Shown here piece after piece: positions 18,581 through 27,926 of a stretch of 64,000 nt of DNA. Made by a program: the position numbers and the translations under genes. Origin of the DNA: an uncultured Gammaproteobacteria bacterium. GTDB lineage: Bacteria; Patescibacteriota; Microgenomatia; Levybacterales; UBA12049. The notes under the pieces are model-generated. The model did not search any database and was not told the origin of the DNA. It was given only the letters and a program-made list of their open reading frames with translations. Position 1 is the stretch's first letter; the number at the start of each line of letters is the position of its first letter. The stretch covers positions 8,365 to 72,364 of the forward strand of contig CAZSWA010000004.1 in assembly GCA_964610465.1 (NCBI GenBank), given 5' to 3'.

Positions 18581-20848
18581 TTAGATTTTCTTAAGAAAAG
18601 TGCGATATAGTATTTTTCTTCCAACCCATGCAAGAGTAATCAATGGAAGAATGATTAATAACCATGCAAGATTTATAACAATATGTTGTTTCTGTGTGCT
18701 ATTGCTTATTAATGCTTTGGCAATCAGATTTCCATGATTTGGAATATTTGTACTAATTCCTGCTACTTGTGTTCCACCAGTTACTGAAGAATGGGATGTA
18801 CCATTGGTAAAGGTTGTATTAATAGAGCGCAAAATGCCTTGATTACCATTGATATCAGCTGCACTGACGCCATTGTTTAATGAATTATTGCTTATGTTGT
18901 TTTGGCTATTTTGTATTGTAGTATTAGAATTTTGTGTATTGTTTGCAACAGTTTGTTGATTTTGGTTATTATTACTGCTTGGTTCACTTTGCCCTGGAGT
19001 TACAAAATCCCCAAGCCATTTGCCAAATACATTTACTACCGTTACTACAAGGTGGCCATTGCCAACGATATTATTGTTCACAAAGTTTACAATGTTGGCA
19101 ATAATATTGGCATCACCTGTTTTGACATAGGTATTTCCGCCAGTGTTGTCATCTGCAGTATTGTTGCCGGTATTTGCACTAAGATTTAAATTATTGACAA
19201 TATTGGCAGTATTATTTTGTACAGTTGTTGTGTTATTTGACTGATTAATACTCGTATTGTTAGTACTACCTGCGCCATTGGTGTCATTAGATGCAGTGAC
19301 TTGTCCATTTTGGTCAACGGTAAAACTTGTGCCATTTGACCCTGCATAGTTTTGTCCATCCGGAGCGCCAAGAATTTTTCCAACCCATTGTCCAGCCTGA
19401 TTAACGAGTACTAACCACCATGTACCGCCATTCACATTGGAATTGGCAACATTGAGAACATGAGCATTCATATCAGTATTGCCGGTCGTAATATTGTTAT
19501 CACCATTGGTATTTCTGCTGGATTCATTATTGCCGCTATTGGCATCAAATAGGATATTGTTGGTAATTGAAGCATCGTTCGTTTGGAAACCGTTATTATT
19601 CAGTTGTGAAGAAAGAGTAGCATTATTGGTTGAATTTGTACCGTTTCCAGTATTGGCAACAGTTGTTCCACCGGTTAATGCAGCAACTTGTGACTCTGGT
19701 AATACAATATTGCCTTCAAGATTGCCATAAATATTTACTACTCCCAGCGTTACATTCCCTGCAAAGTTATTATTGGCAAAAGTGTATGCGTTCGCATCAA
19801 CATTGGCGTTGCCTGTCTTTATAGTAGTATCTCCACCGGTATTCTGACTTGCAATATTACTTCCAGAATTGGCTGAGAGAGTCATATTGTTACCAACTCC
19901 TGCTGTGTTGGTTTGCACTGTTGAGTTATTGTTTTGGCTGCTAAGAGAAGCGCTGTTGGTAGAATTTGCACCGTTTCCGGTGTTGGCAAGAGTGCTTGTA
20001 CCACCGGGGCATCCTGATACACAATTAGCTGCAAAATCCAGTACATAATCGCCTTTATGATCATCTGCAATATTAAATTCTGAAAGCATTACGCCGCTCA
20101 TATTGGTATTAAGAGTAGTTACTGCTGTACCTGAAGTATTGGCGTCTCCCGTATTGATAAACGAGGTACCGACATTTTGGGAAGCAGAGTTACTACCTGT
20201 ATCTGTTCCTTGTATCATGTTATTTCTAACATTACCAGTATTATTTTGTTGAGTAGTATTGTTATCACTTACTGTTGCCGATGAGTTATTATTTGAATTA
20301 GCTCCATTTCCAGAATTTATAATTGTGGCACCCTTCCCGGAATCACCAGCAGGAGCTACAGATGCATTATTATTGGCATCAGTAGTCACAATTGCAGAAT
20401 TTGTGGTAATCCCTGTATTGATAGTAGTATCACCAGTTTGACCATTGGAACTTTTCCCTGTTGTCTGAGGTAAAGAATTATTGTTTGGATTGTTTGTAGA
20501 ATTTGAGGGATTACTATTATTATTAGTAGAAGTAGATTGTTGATTATTTGTATTAACATTCTTTATTCCATCAGTATCCGTTTTTGGAGTTTGCGTAGGT
20601 GTTAGAGTTACACCAAGTGTAACAGATGGCGTTGAGGAAGGCGCACTTGGGGGTGTCGGTTGATTAACATCAACAGATGGAGGTGCTGGAGGTGGAGGCT
20701 CAGTTGGCGCAGCTGGTGCTGAAGGTGGAGGAACTATATCATCAGCGAGAACTGCTGCAGGCGTCACAATCGTTTGCATAAAAAGCAAACTTGCGATTGA
20801 AATAAGTGCGATTGATTTTTTAATTTTTATTATCATTTTATTATTCAT
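18581..20848 (-). CDS. Large secreted repeat protein (755 aa): signal peptide, Pro-rich PPPSAP linker, many Asn/Thr/Gly-rich modules, C-terminal TM + basic tail
   Basis: Shares 'TGNN..N.NTGG.T.I.TGNA' module with neighbours; C-terminal hydrophobic helix + 'GRKILYRTFLKKI'; no canonical LPXTG seen. Confidence 0.6.
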   Translation of the reverse strand: MNNKMIIKIKKSIALISIASLLFMQTIVTPAAVLADDIVPPPSAPAAPTEPPPPAPPSVDVNQPTPPSAPSSTPSVTLGVTLTPTQTPKTDTDGIKNVNTNNQQSTSTNNNSNPSNSTNNPNNNSLPQTTGKSSNGQTGDTTINTGITTNSAIVTTDANNNASVAPAGDSGKGATIINSGNGANSNNNSSATVSDNNTTQQNNTGNVRNNMIQGTDTGSNSASQNVGTSFINTGDANTSGTAVTTLNTNMSGVMLSEFNIADDHKGDYVLDFAANCVSGCPGGTSTLANTGNGANSTNSASLSSQNNNSTVQTNTAGVGNNMTLSANSGSNIASQNTGGDTTIKTGNANVDANAYTFANNNFAGNVTLGVVNIYGNLEGNIVLPESQVAALTGGTTVANTGNGTNSTNNATLSSQLNNNGFQTNDASITNNILFDANSGNNESSRNTNGDNNITTGNTDMNAHVLNVANSNVNGGTWWLVLVNQAGQWVGKILGAPDGQNYAGSNGTSFTVDQNGQVTASNDTNGAGSTNNTSINQSNNTTTVQNNTANIVNNLNLSANTGNNTADDNTGGNTYVKTGDANIIANIVNFVNNNIVGNGHLVVTVVNVFGKWLGDFVTPGQSEPSSNNNQNQQTVANNTQNSNTTIQNSQNNISNNSLNNGVSAADINGNQGILRSINTTFTNGTSHSSVTGGTQVAGISTNIPNHGNLIAKALISNSTQKQHIVINLAWLLIILPLITLAWVGRKILYRTFLKKI

Positions 20849-20931
20849 GTTTTACTTTTAATTACTTTTTATATTTTCGTCTTTTTGTAGGGCACCTCAC
20901 CGAAGTGCTAGCAAAGCGCCCTACCTAAAGA

Positions 20932-22197
20932 CTATCCAAGATGGAGAAAGTGTAATAAATCTCCGAGATCGAAAGAAAGTGACATTCCTCCGACTGAGAG
21001 TCCACCTTGTGAGAAAATATTCTCGTTTGCGTGATTACTGATAGTTGTATCAGCACTTGCATCGCCTGAGAATACATCTACTGGATCACCAGATCGTGCT
21101 CCTGCATCGTTTCGGTTTGCATCGTTATCACCAGTCTTTAAATTGTTGTTATTCACATCATTCCTAAGATTAGCGATATTCCCCAAACCTTCCCGTCCTC
21201 CTTGGTACACATCAAATGTACCTCCGAGTGTTGCATCAATGTCGTTGTCTGATTCAGATCCGTTACCAGAAATTTTTGCGGTTACATCACCGAGTAAGCA
21301 TCCACAATCGAGAGCGGCTGCATTGAAATTCGCCATATTGCGAATATCAGTTGTTGCATTTGCATTACCTGTGTAGACTGTTACATCTCCACCTGTATTG
21401 TCATTTGCATCATTGTTGCCGGTTCTAAGATCGTTAGTTACTCTATTGGTGATCCGTGCGTTATTGTCTTGCACTACAGTAACTGCTGGATCATTTCTGA
21501 GTGAAATAGAATTATCACTGAATGAGCCATTGCCTGAAATTACTGCATTAAGACTACCGCCTGTTCCGTTTCCATTTCCGCCAACCATCACAACATTTGC
21601 ATTTGCTCTATTATCAATAGAGGTATTGGATGTTGCATTACCAGTAAGTACAGTTACTGTACCACCAGTGTTTCGGTTTGCGTCATTGTTTCCAGTATTT
21701 TCGCGGTTATCTACATTGTTGTTGATAATCGCGTCGTTTGTCTGGAAAACTTGAGTAGAACCAGAATTGTTGAGTCTTACATCATTGTCAGAATGAGAAC
21801 CATTACCAGAAATAGTTACCTTTGTGTTACCTGCGGTTCCGCAGCTACCACATCCGCTTACACTGGCTTCGTTTCTATTTACTGCTGTTGAAAGATCAAC
21901 AGTTGATGAAGCTGCCCCTGTGTTCACAGTTACATCTCCACCTGTGTTGTCGTTAGCTCTATTATTTCCAGTATTTGCAGTTGTATTTACAGTGTTGGTA
22001 ACGTTTGCTGTATTGTTCTGAACAACACTTGTACTGTTACTAGAAGTAACATGAACGTCACTATCGCTGCTACTGCCATTTCCAGAAATAGTAAGATTTG
22101 TGTCGGCTAATGCCAAAGGTGCTAACGCATTAAGTAAGACTGCTCCGGTCGCTATTGCTGTTGCAAATTTGGTTTTATATGTCATTATATATTTCAC
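20932..22197 (-). CDS. Secreted repeat protein (421 aa), five-plus 'ISGNGS.SD.DV...TGNNDANDNTGGDVTV.TGNA' modules, paired Cys (CGSCG, DCGC)
   Basis: Signal peptide (ALA|DT); tandem ~65-aa modules homologous to 17370..18500 and 18581..20848 proteins. Confidence 0.6.
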   Translation of the reverse strand: MKYIMTYKTKFATAIATGAVLLNALAPLALADTNLTISGNGSSSDSDVHVTSSNSTSVVQNNTANVTNTVNTTANTGNNRANDNTGGDVTVNTGAASSTVDLSTAVNRNEASVSGCGSCGTAGNTKVTISGNGSHSDNDVRLNNSGSTQVFQTNDAIINNNVDNRENTGNNDANRNTGGTVTVLTGNATSNTSIDNRANANVVMVGGNGNGTGGSLNAVISGNGSFSDNSISLRNDPAVTVVQDNNARITNRVTNDLRTGNNDANDNTGGDVTVYTGNANATTDIRNMANFNAAALDCGCLLGDVTAKISGNGSESDNDIDATLGGTFDVYQGGREGLGNIANLRNDVNNNNLKTGDNDANRNDAGARSGDPVDVFSGDASADTTISNHANENIFSQGGLSVGGMSLSFDLGDLLHFLHLG

Positions 22198-22552
22198 CTC
22201 CTTCCTTTATGTGGTCTTGTAGAAAACTACAAGCACTTCTTTTCCCGTTTTCATTAAAAAAACGGAAGACACTCTCTCTAACTAATTGTTAGGAAGAGTA
22301 ACATCCGTTCTTTATGTGTTTCGTTTTATCTGTAACATCGGTTGAAATGTATCTCATTTCGTTCATTTATTCAGTAATTCTCCTTACAGGTTTAGTTGAT
22401 GAGCCACAAAAAAAAGGCACCCTTTTGTGAATATTCTTTCTAAGAATTATTCAGAAAAAGATGCCTCCGTTTGCGGTCAGCTCTTAATTTTGATTATTTA
22501 ATTTTTAAACTGCTGTACGTGTTTACCGGTACTAAATATACTTAACTCAAAA

Positions 22553-22774
22553 TCATTTGTCAATACCCATTTTTATATTTACATGTGATTTTCCATTATT
22601 TCCATTGTGATGGAAATTATTGAGAGTTTTTCTAATGTTTCTTTCTGTAATTTGGACTACTTTATTCTCTTGTACAAAAATCTCAACACTTCCAAAACCT
22701 CTAATATTTTTTAACGCATCAATAATTTCTTCAATTAATTTGGTACTGATTTTTTCAGTAGAATAATCTGTCAT
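22553..22774 (-). CDS. Small hypothetical protein (73 aa)
   Basis: ORF only; no recognised motif. Confidence 0.3.
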   Translation of the reverse strand: MTDYSTEKISTKLIEEIIDALKNIRGFGSVEIFVQENKVVQITERNIRKTLNNFHHNGNNGKSHVNIKMGIDK

Positions 22775-22794
22775 AATAGGAATTTATAAAACAA

Positions 22795-23640
22795 CTATTT
22801 TAAATTAAGCTTAAGAGAATCTTTTTTGCCGTTAATTTCTCCAACCTGTAACTCAAGAGTCTTGTAATTGTCATCTATCGGGAAACCGATTCTGGTATAT
22901 TTGGTCGATGTTGCCTGTACCTCAACTGGATCATTATGAATCTCAGGAGCAAGTTTTTCATTTGCGCCATTTACCACAAGTCTTACATAATCACGTGCGT
23001 TAAGAGAAATTCCTTTTGTATAGTCATTAGTAATTTTTAAATTAAGTATCAAAAATGTTCTTCCCTTGACTGCAGTTGCTTCCTGTCCTTTAATAAGAAT
23101 TACGTCCCTTTGTTCTGCATTTTGTATTTGATATTTTATCGTACTTAATTTATTTCCACTTGCATCAGTGATTGGAAATTCATACGTTTTATTAAGCGTC
23201 TGTGAAGCAATCGGCTTATTAAGATTCAAACGGCTCTCTACTGTGCCTAGAATTTTTGATGAACCATGAGTTGCATTCTGATAGAGCAAATAGATAACTG
23301 TGGCAAGAAGTATCACAATAACTGTGTAAGGAAGAAAAAATGGATTTTTAAAAAATCCTTTTGAAGTATGTTTTGCAGTATGAGTTGCTGAAGGAGATAC
23401 AGCTTCTTGAGAAAAAAATGCAATATTATTTATATCTATAGTAACTGCTTGTAATGAAGTCTCAGTTGTAATTTGCAGATTATTTTTATTTTTTATAAGA
23501 GAAAAGATTTTCCCTATAAATTCTTTTACCTTTGTTCCAAATATTTCAAAAGACAGTTGTGATCTTTGTGAACTGAAAGAGGATTGAAAGGTTGTTACAA
23601 ATTGTTTCATAAAAATATGATGATAATTGCTCCAGCGCAT
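22795..23640 (-). CDS. Membrane-anchored hypothetical protein (single TM, extracytoplasmic beta-rich C-terminal domain)
   Basis: One central hydrophobic helix 'YTVIVILLATVIYLLY'; no catalytic motif recognised. Confidence 0.4.
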   Translation of the reverse strand: MRWSNYHHIFMKQFVTTFQSSFSSQRSQLSFEIFGTKVKEFIGKIFSLIKNKNNLQITTETSLQAVTIDINNIAFFSQEAVSPSATHTAKHTSKGFFKNPFFLPYTVIVILLATVIYLLYQNATHGSSKILGTVESRLNLNKPIASQTLNKTYEFPITDASGNKLSTIKYQIQNAEQRDVILIKGQEATAVKGRTFLILNLKITNDYTKGISLNARDYVRLVVNGANEKLAPEIHNDPVEVQATSTKYTRIGFPIDDNYKTLELQVGEINGKKDSLKLNLK

Positions 23641-23703
23641 ATTATCAATATGTTTAGCATGTTTGTCAAGAGCCAGTTAGTGAAAATTTAGAAAATTTCT
23701 GTT

Positions 23704-24060
23704 CTAGAAATGAGGAGAGTGACGAAGATGTTTTTTTATTTGTCTTGGATGACGGAATTGAAATCTATCAGGATAGCGAAGACCTTGAATTATTCCTCCC
23801 AGAACTGCGCCTTTAAAGAGCATAAAATGTTGTATACTTTCTGATGAAACAAGAGTAAAAAAAGCAATTACTGATAAAGTTAACCAATGATGAATATGAT
23901 AGGTTTTATTTTTATAATGAATTCTTAGATTTGGTAAAAATTCGATATTGCCAAGACTTATATGGGGAACTTTATGCTTTTTCTTGAGCGGGTGGGAAAA
24001 ATAAAGAAAAAACAAATATCCTATCCAGACCGAGATTACAAAGATGATTATCTCTCTCAT
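23704..24060 (-). CDS. Small membrane protein, hypothetical
   Basis: Two-three hydrophobic helices, His-rich loops. Confidence 0.35.
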   Translation of the reverse strand: MREIIIFVISVWIGYLFFLYFSHPLKKKHKVPHISLGNIEFLPNLRIHYKNKTYHIHHWLTLSVIAFFTLVSSESIQHFMLFKGAVLGGIIQGLRYPDRFQFRHPRQIKKHLRHSPHF

Positions 24061-24252
24061 ACCTTGATAGATATACTCCGATACTTGCTATTATATACTA
24101 TTTTTATAAAAGTCAAGTCGTGATACTGTCATTCCCACTCACATACTTGTCATTCCCGCGAAGGTCGAAGATCCTACACATTTGTGTAGGGCGAGAATCT
24201 ATTGCTGTTAATTTAATTGGGGGAGCGACTCGGTACTACCAAGCCGCTCTCC

Positions 24253-24272
24253 GAAAAACCGCTCAGAGAGCG
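24253..24272 (-). terminator. Possible Rho-independent terminator (short GC stem + U-run on minus strand)
   Basis: cgctc aga gagcg with A-run 24254-24258 on + (= U-run after hairpin on minus). Confidence 0.35.
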
Positions 24273-24335
24273 AAAAATACGGCGCTATTGCCGTACTCCC
24301 GCATCTTAGCGGTGTTACAACTTTTATGTTGCGGT

Positions 24336-24587
24336 TTAGCTCACTGAAAGCTCAGTGAGATAGGGATCTGGAGCAGCGTCGAATCCTTTGTCTTTTAAAC
24401 GACGGATCACCTCATCCAGAATTTTATCTTCTACCTTCTTGAATCCTCCATATAAGAGGAAAATTGTTGGAAGGTCAAAAGACTTGACCTGTCCTGCTGG
24501 AGGAGGTTTCATAAGAAACTGATCTCTGATGTGCTCTACGATCAAAGCAGCTCCTTGTTGTTCTTCTTTGGACAGCTGAAACATCAT
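24336..24587 (-). CDS. Small hypothetical protein (83 aa) in GC-elevated patch
   Basis: ORF followed ~50 nt downstream by hairpin CGCTC-TCT-GAGCG + GTTTTT on minus strand (24253..24272). Confidence 0.35.
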   Translation of the reverse strand: MMFQLSKEEQQGAALIVEHIRDQFLMKPPPAGQVKSFDLPTIFLLYGGFKKVEDKILDEVIRRLKDKGFDAAPDPYLTELSVS

Positions 24588-25233
24588 CTTCTCCTTTGTG
24601 CTGTCTATTTTGAACTTCTCAGAAATACACTACGATGATGCACTCAAATCCTGCCTTACTCTCCTTTTTGAAATTCCTGTTGCCAATGTGCCTTCCCGCA
24701 CCAAACGCACCAGGTGAACTCAGATGGTGAGCATTGATTGCAGAACCTACATGTTGTATGCTTTACATGCAACGCGATAAAACCTTTATGAAGTTTCCCA
24801 ACAAGTTGGGTTGCTTCAAGATACACCGGCTTTTTTGTGCTTTTCTTTGGGATTGAGAACGAAGGTAACCTGTTAACTACAGGTATCTTCGTCTTTATCA
24901 CCAGTACTACGAAAACAAACAACCTCTTAAACAGAATCATCCTCTTTCTCCTTTTTGGAGCTAGCCGCTCTTCACCTTGATGAGCGACATTCCGAAGAGT
25001 TCTTCTGAACTCTCAAGAATACCACTCATCAAGAAAAGGAAAACTACTTCCGCAACAATTTCAAGGTGCAAACGATGTGATTATAACATAACCCTATAAT
25101 AAATTCACATGAGCAACAGACATACCAGTATTGTCATTTCGAATTCTATGTAGTAGATGAGAAATCTCTACAGTTTTTCTATTGAGATTTAAAAGATCTT
25201 CTACTTTCCCCCAACCTTAAAACTAACCATCTT

Positions 25234-25263
25234 TTGACAAATCAACAGCAAATACACTATACT
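25234..25263 (+). promoter_or_regulatory. Sigma70-like promoter TTGACA-18-TATACT for GT2 pair
   Basis: ttgaca at 25234-25239, tatact at 25258-25263. Confidence 0.4.
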
Positions 25264-25286
25264 CAAAAGTGAACTTGCAAAAACGT

Positions 25287-25997
25287 ATGAAATTAAGCGT
25301 AAGTATCGTAATCCCGACGTTTAACGAAGAGAAGTACTTACCTAACCTCCTCAAATCTATCCAGCGGCAAACTATTCAACCAAGAGAGATAATTGTTTCA
25401 GATGCATTCTCAGAAGACAAAACACGTCAAATCGCCAAATCTTTTGGGTGCAAAGTAGTAGACGGAGGACTGCCAGCCAAAGCCCGCAACAATGGCGCTC
25501 GAGCTGCTACTCAACCAATCCTTCTTTTTTTGGATGCTGATGTCGTCTTACCACCAAAATTTTTGGAGGAAACAGTCAACGAGTTCACTCAGCGCAACCT
25601 TGATATTGCCTCATGCTTTATTAAACCAATTTCTACTCATAAAATTGATCACATTATTCACGGAGTAGTCAATCAGTATTTCAATATGACCAAAAGCTTC
25701 AATCCGCATATTCCGGGATTTTGTATCTTTGTCAAAAAATCTATCCATCAAAAAATCCATGGGTTTGATGAAACCATTCGTCTTGCTGAAGATCATGATT
25801 ATGTGAATAGAGCGGAAAAAATTGGGAAGTTCGCATATCTTCAATCATATAAAATACCAGTCTCAATTCGACGGCTGTCAGAAGAAGGAAGATTGACAGT
25901 TGCATTAAAATATCTTGCAATAGAATTACATCTTCTATTCCTGGGGCAGATACGGAGAAATATTATTCATTATAAATTCGGTTCACATTTACGATAA
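25287..25997 (+). CDS. Small GT2 glycosyltransferase (paralog A); ORF-track start 25269 is GTG, ATG 25287 matches paralog
   Basis: 'VIPTFNEE' ... 'DAD' ... 'LAEDHDY'; ~75% identical to next gene. Confidence 0.75.
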   Translation: MKLSVSIVIPTFNEEKYLPNLLKSIQRQTIQPREIIVSDAFSEDKTRQIAKSFGCKVVDGGLPAKARNNGARAATQPILLFLDADVVLPPKFLEETVNEFTQRNLDIASCFIKPISTHKIDHIIHGVVNQYFNMTKSFNPHIPGFCIFVKKSIHQKIHGFDETIRLAEDHDYVNRAEKIGKFAYLQSYKIPVSIRRLSEEGRLTVALKYLAIELHLLFLGQIRRNIIHYKFGSHLR

Positions 25998-25999
25998 CC

Positions 26000-26710
26000 A
26001 TGAAACTGAGTGTAAGCGTCATCATACCCACATTTAACGAAGCAAGATTCTTACCAAAGCTTCTCAATTCTCTCAATAAACAAACCATGCAGCCAAAAGA
26101 AATTATCGTGTCTGATGCGTATTCAATTGATGACACGCGCGAAATTGCACAAGGATACGGGTGCAAAGTCATAAATGGAGGACTGCCAGCCAAAGCCCGC
26201 AATAATGGTGCTCGAGTTGCTACCCAACCAATCCTTCTTTTTCTGGATGCGGATGTAGTATTGCCGCCTAAATTTATTGAAGAAACACTCAGTGAGTTTA
26301 CTGAAAAAACTCTGGATATTGCTTCCTGTTTTGTGAAACCTATGTCAAGACTTAAGATTGATAAATTTTTGCATGAATTTGTAAATTACTACATGAAATT
26401 TACCAAAAAGTTTCATCCGCATATTCCAGGAGCCTGTATCTTTGTCAAAAAATCTATCCATCAAAAAATCCATGGGTTTGATGAATCAATCCGTCTTGCT
26501 GAAGATCATGATTATGTGAATCGTGCCAAAAAAGTCGGCAAATTTTCTTACCTTACATCCTATAAAATACCAATCTCCGTAAGACGCTTATCTGAAGAGG
26601 GGAGACTTAAGATATCACTTAAATATATTGCGATAGAGCTTCATCTTTTATTTTTGGGACAGATTAAGAAAAAAGTATTTGACTACAAATTCGGTGACTA
26701 TTTAAGATAA
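26000..26710 (+). CDS. Small GT2 glycosyltransferase (paralog B), tandem duplicate
   Basis: Near-colinear identity with 25287..25997 product. Confidence 0.75.
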   Translation: MKLSVSVIIPTFNEARFLPKLLNSLNKQTMQPKEIIVSDAYSIDDTREIAQGYGCKVINGGLPAKARNNGARVATQPILLFLDADVVLPPKFIEETLSEFTEKTLDIASCFVKPMSRLKIDKFLHEFVNYYMKFTKKFHPHIPGACIFVKKSIHQKIHGFDESIRLAEDHDYVNRAKKVGKFSYLTSYKIPISVRRLSEEGRLKISLKYIAIELHLLFLGQIKKKVFDYKFGDYLR

Positions 26711-26747
26711 TATAGTATTGAAAGCGTTTATTTGATACAAATTTTTT

Positions 26748-27833
26748 ATGTCACTACTTGATCAAGAATCCAGAGGCGAATCTTCTCTTCTTCCAATAGA
26801 ACACAATAAACCACAAGGAGAAACTCACCCTGCAGCAAATCAATCTACATTAGAGCAGGTTGAAAGGTCAATGGAAGGTAAACAAGATATGCTCTCTCTT
26901 GCTGATTATATAAGAGAAACAGGTAAACAAAGAGGTCCTAATCCTCACTATGAGCAATATATTATAAATCAAGATGGTCAAATAAAAGTAACAAGTCTTT
27001 TTGATTTACAGAATCAATTAGGAGAACTTGGAGTACCATTACAACTTTTAGGTGTCCAATCAATTGGCAATGAGAAACAAATGGTTGAAGCAAGAGTACA
27101 AGGTATAGATAGAACAAAAGATGGTTCAGGCTTTGAAAGACCAACTGTAAAAGAAGGACCACATATGATTCTCGCTCCTTATGCCGTTGATAACGATGGC
27201 AATTTGCACATATTTAGAACTATACAATATCGAACAGGACATGCAGCAATTGATACTCCCCGAGGATTTATCCAAACAACAAAAGACGAAACAGGTGAAA
27301 CAAAAGTTGATATCGATACACAACAAACTGCTGTTGAAACAAATATGAAACGTATTTTAAAAGAAGAAACAGGAGAAAGATTTTTGAAGATGGAAAGTAT
27401 TGTGTATCTTGGCGCACCACGCGTGAATGGAAGTTTTGTCGAATCACAAAGTCCTATGTTTGCAGTAAAAGTAGACTATGATACTTTTGCACAAAGCAAT
27501 AAAGTTATTACTCCTGAAGAATATGAACGGCAAAAAGAGCAGCTTGTTCATGAAGGACTGACTAACATTGTTCTAGATATGACTCAAGAACAATATCTAA
27601 ACTATAGACAGGATTCACAAATGAATCGGGATATCACAGCAGACTGGGGCTCAGATACAGTAGCTATGGATTTTCTTGCGCATAGACTTGAAGTAGCAAA
27701 TCAAATTGCTACAGAACGCCAACAGATTATAAAAACTTTTACTCAAGCGTTTAAAGAAATGAAACGGTTGAATCCACAAGTTTATCGTGAAGCATGGGAA
27801 AATACAATGAAATCAATGCATATAAAAAGTTAG
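26748..27833 (+). CDS. Hypothetical protein (361 aa), disordered N-terminus; partial Nudix-box-like 'RILKEETGE' segment
   Basis: Only a degenerate REUxEExGU-like stretch; not a confident Nudix call. Confidence 0.3.
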   Translation: MSLLDQESRGESSLLPIEHNKPQGETHPAANQSTLEQVERSMEGKQDMLSLADYIRETGKQRGPNPHYEQYIINQDGQIKVTSLFDLQNQLGELGVPLQLLGVQSIGNEKQMVEARVQGIDRTKDGSGFERPTVKEGPHMILAPYAVDNDGNLHIFRTIQYRTGHAAIDTPRGFIQTTKDETGETKVDIDTQQTAVETNMKRILKEETGERFLKMESIVYLGAPRVNGSFVESQSPMFAVKVDYDTFAQSNKVITPEEYERQKEQLVHEGLTNIVLDMTQEQYLNYRQDSQMNRDITADWGSDTVAMDFLAHRLEVANQIATERQQIIKTFTQAFKEMKRLNPQVYREAWENTMKSMHIKS

Positions 27834-27926
27834 TTTTGCTTATCTTTTTTTATCCTCATAAATGATATCTAAGTAAAGTTTTGTATATTTAAAATCAGAA
27901 AATTTCAGCTATAATGGGTATGATAA

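Noticed and set aside
20849-20931. GTAGGGC...GCCCTAC 7-bp stem with ~22-nt loop between repeat-protein genes as a terminator
   Set aside because: No U-run follows the hairpin in either transcription direction.
24950-25030. Hammerhead-ribozyme-like 'CUUGAUGAG' core within the nested stem at ~24965-25020
   Set aside because: The core reads CUUGAUGAG, not CUGAUGA. No GAAA after stem II and no cleavage-site context, so it is most likely a coincidental hairpin.
26748-27833. Nudix hydrolase call for the 361-aa protein
   Set aside because: Only the distal half of the Nudix box (R-I-L-K-E-E-T-G-E) matches. The Gx5Ex7 spacing is broken by a ~12-aa insertion, so it is kept as hypothetical.
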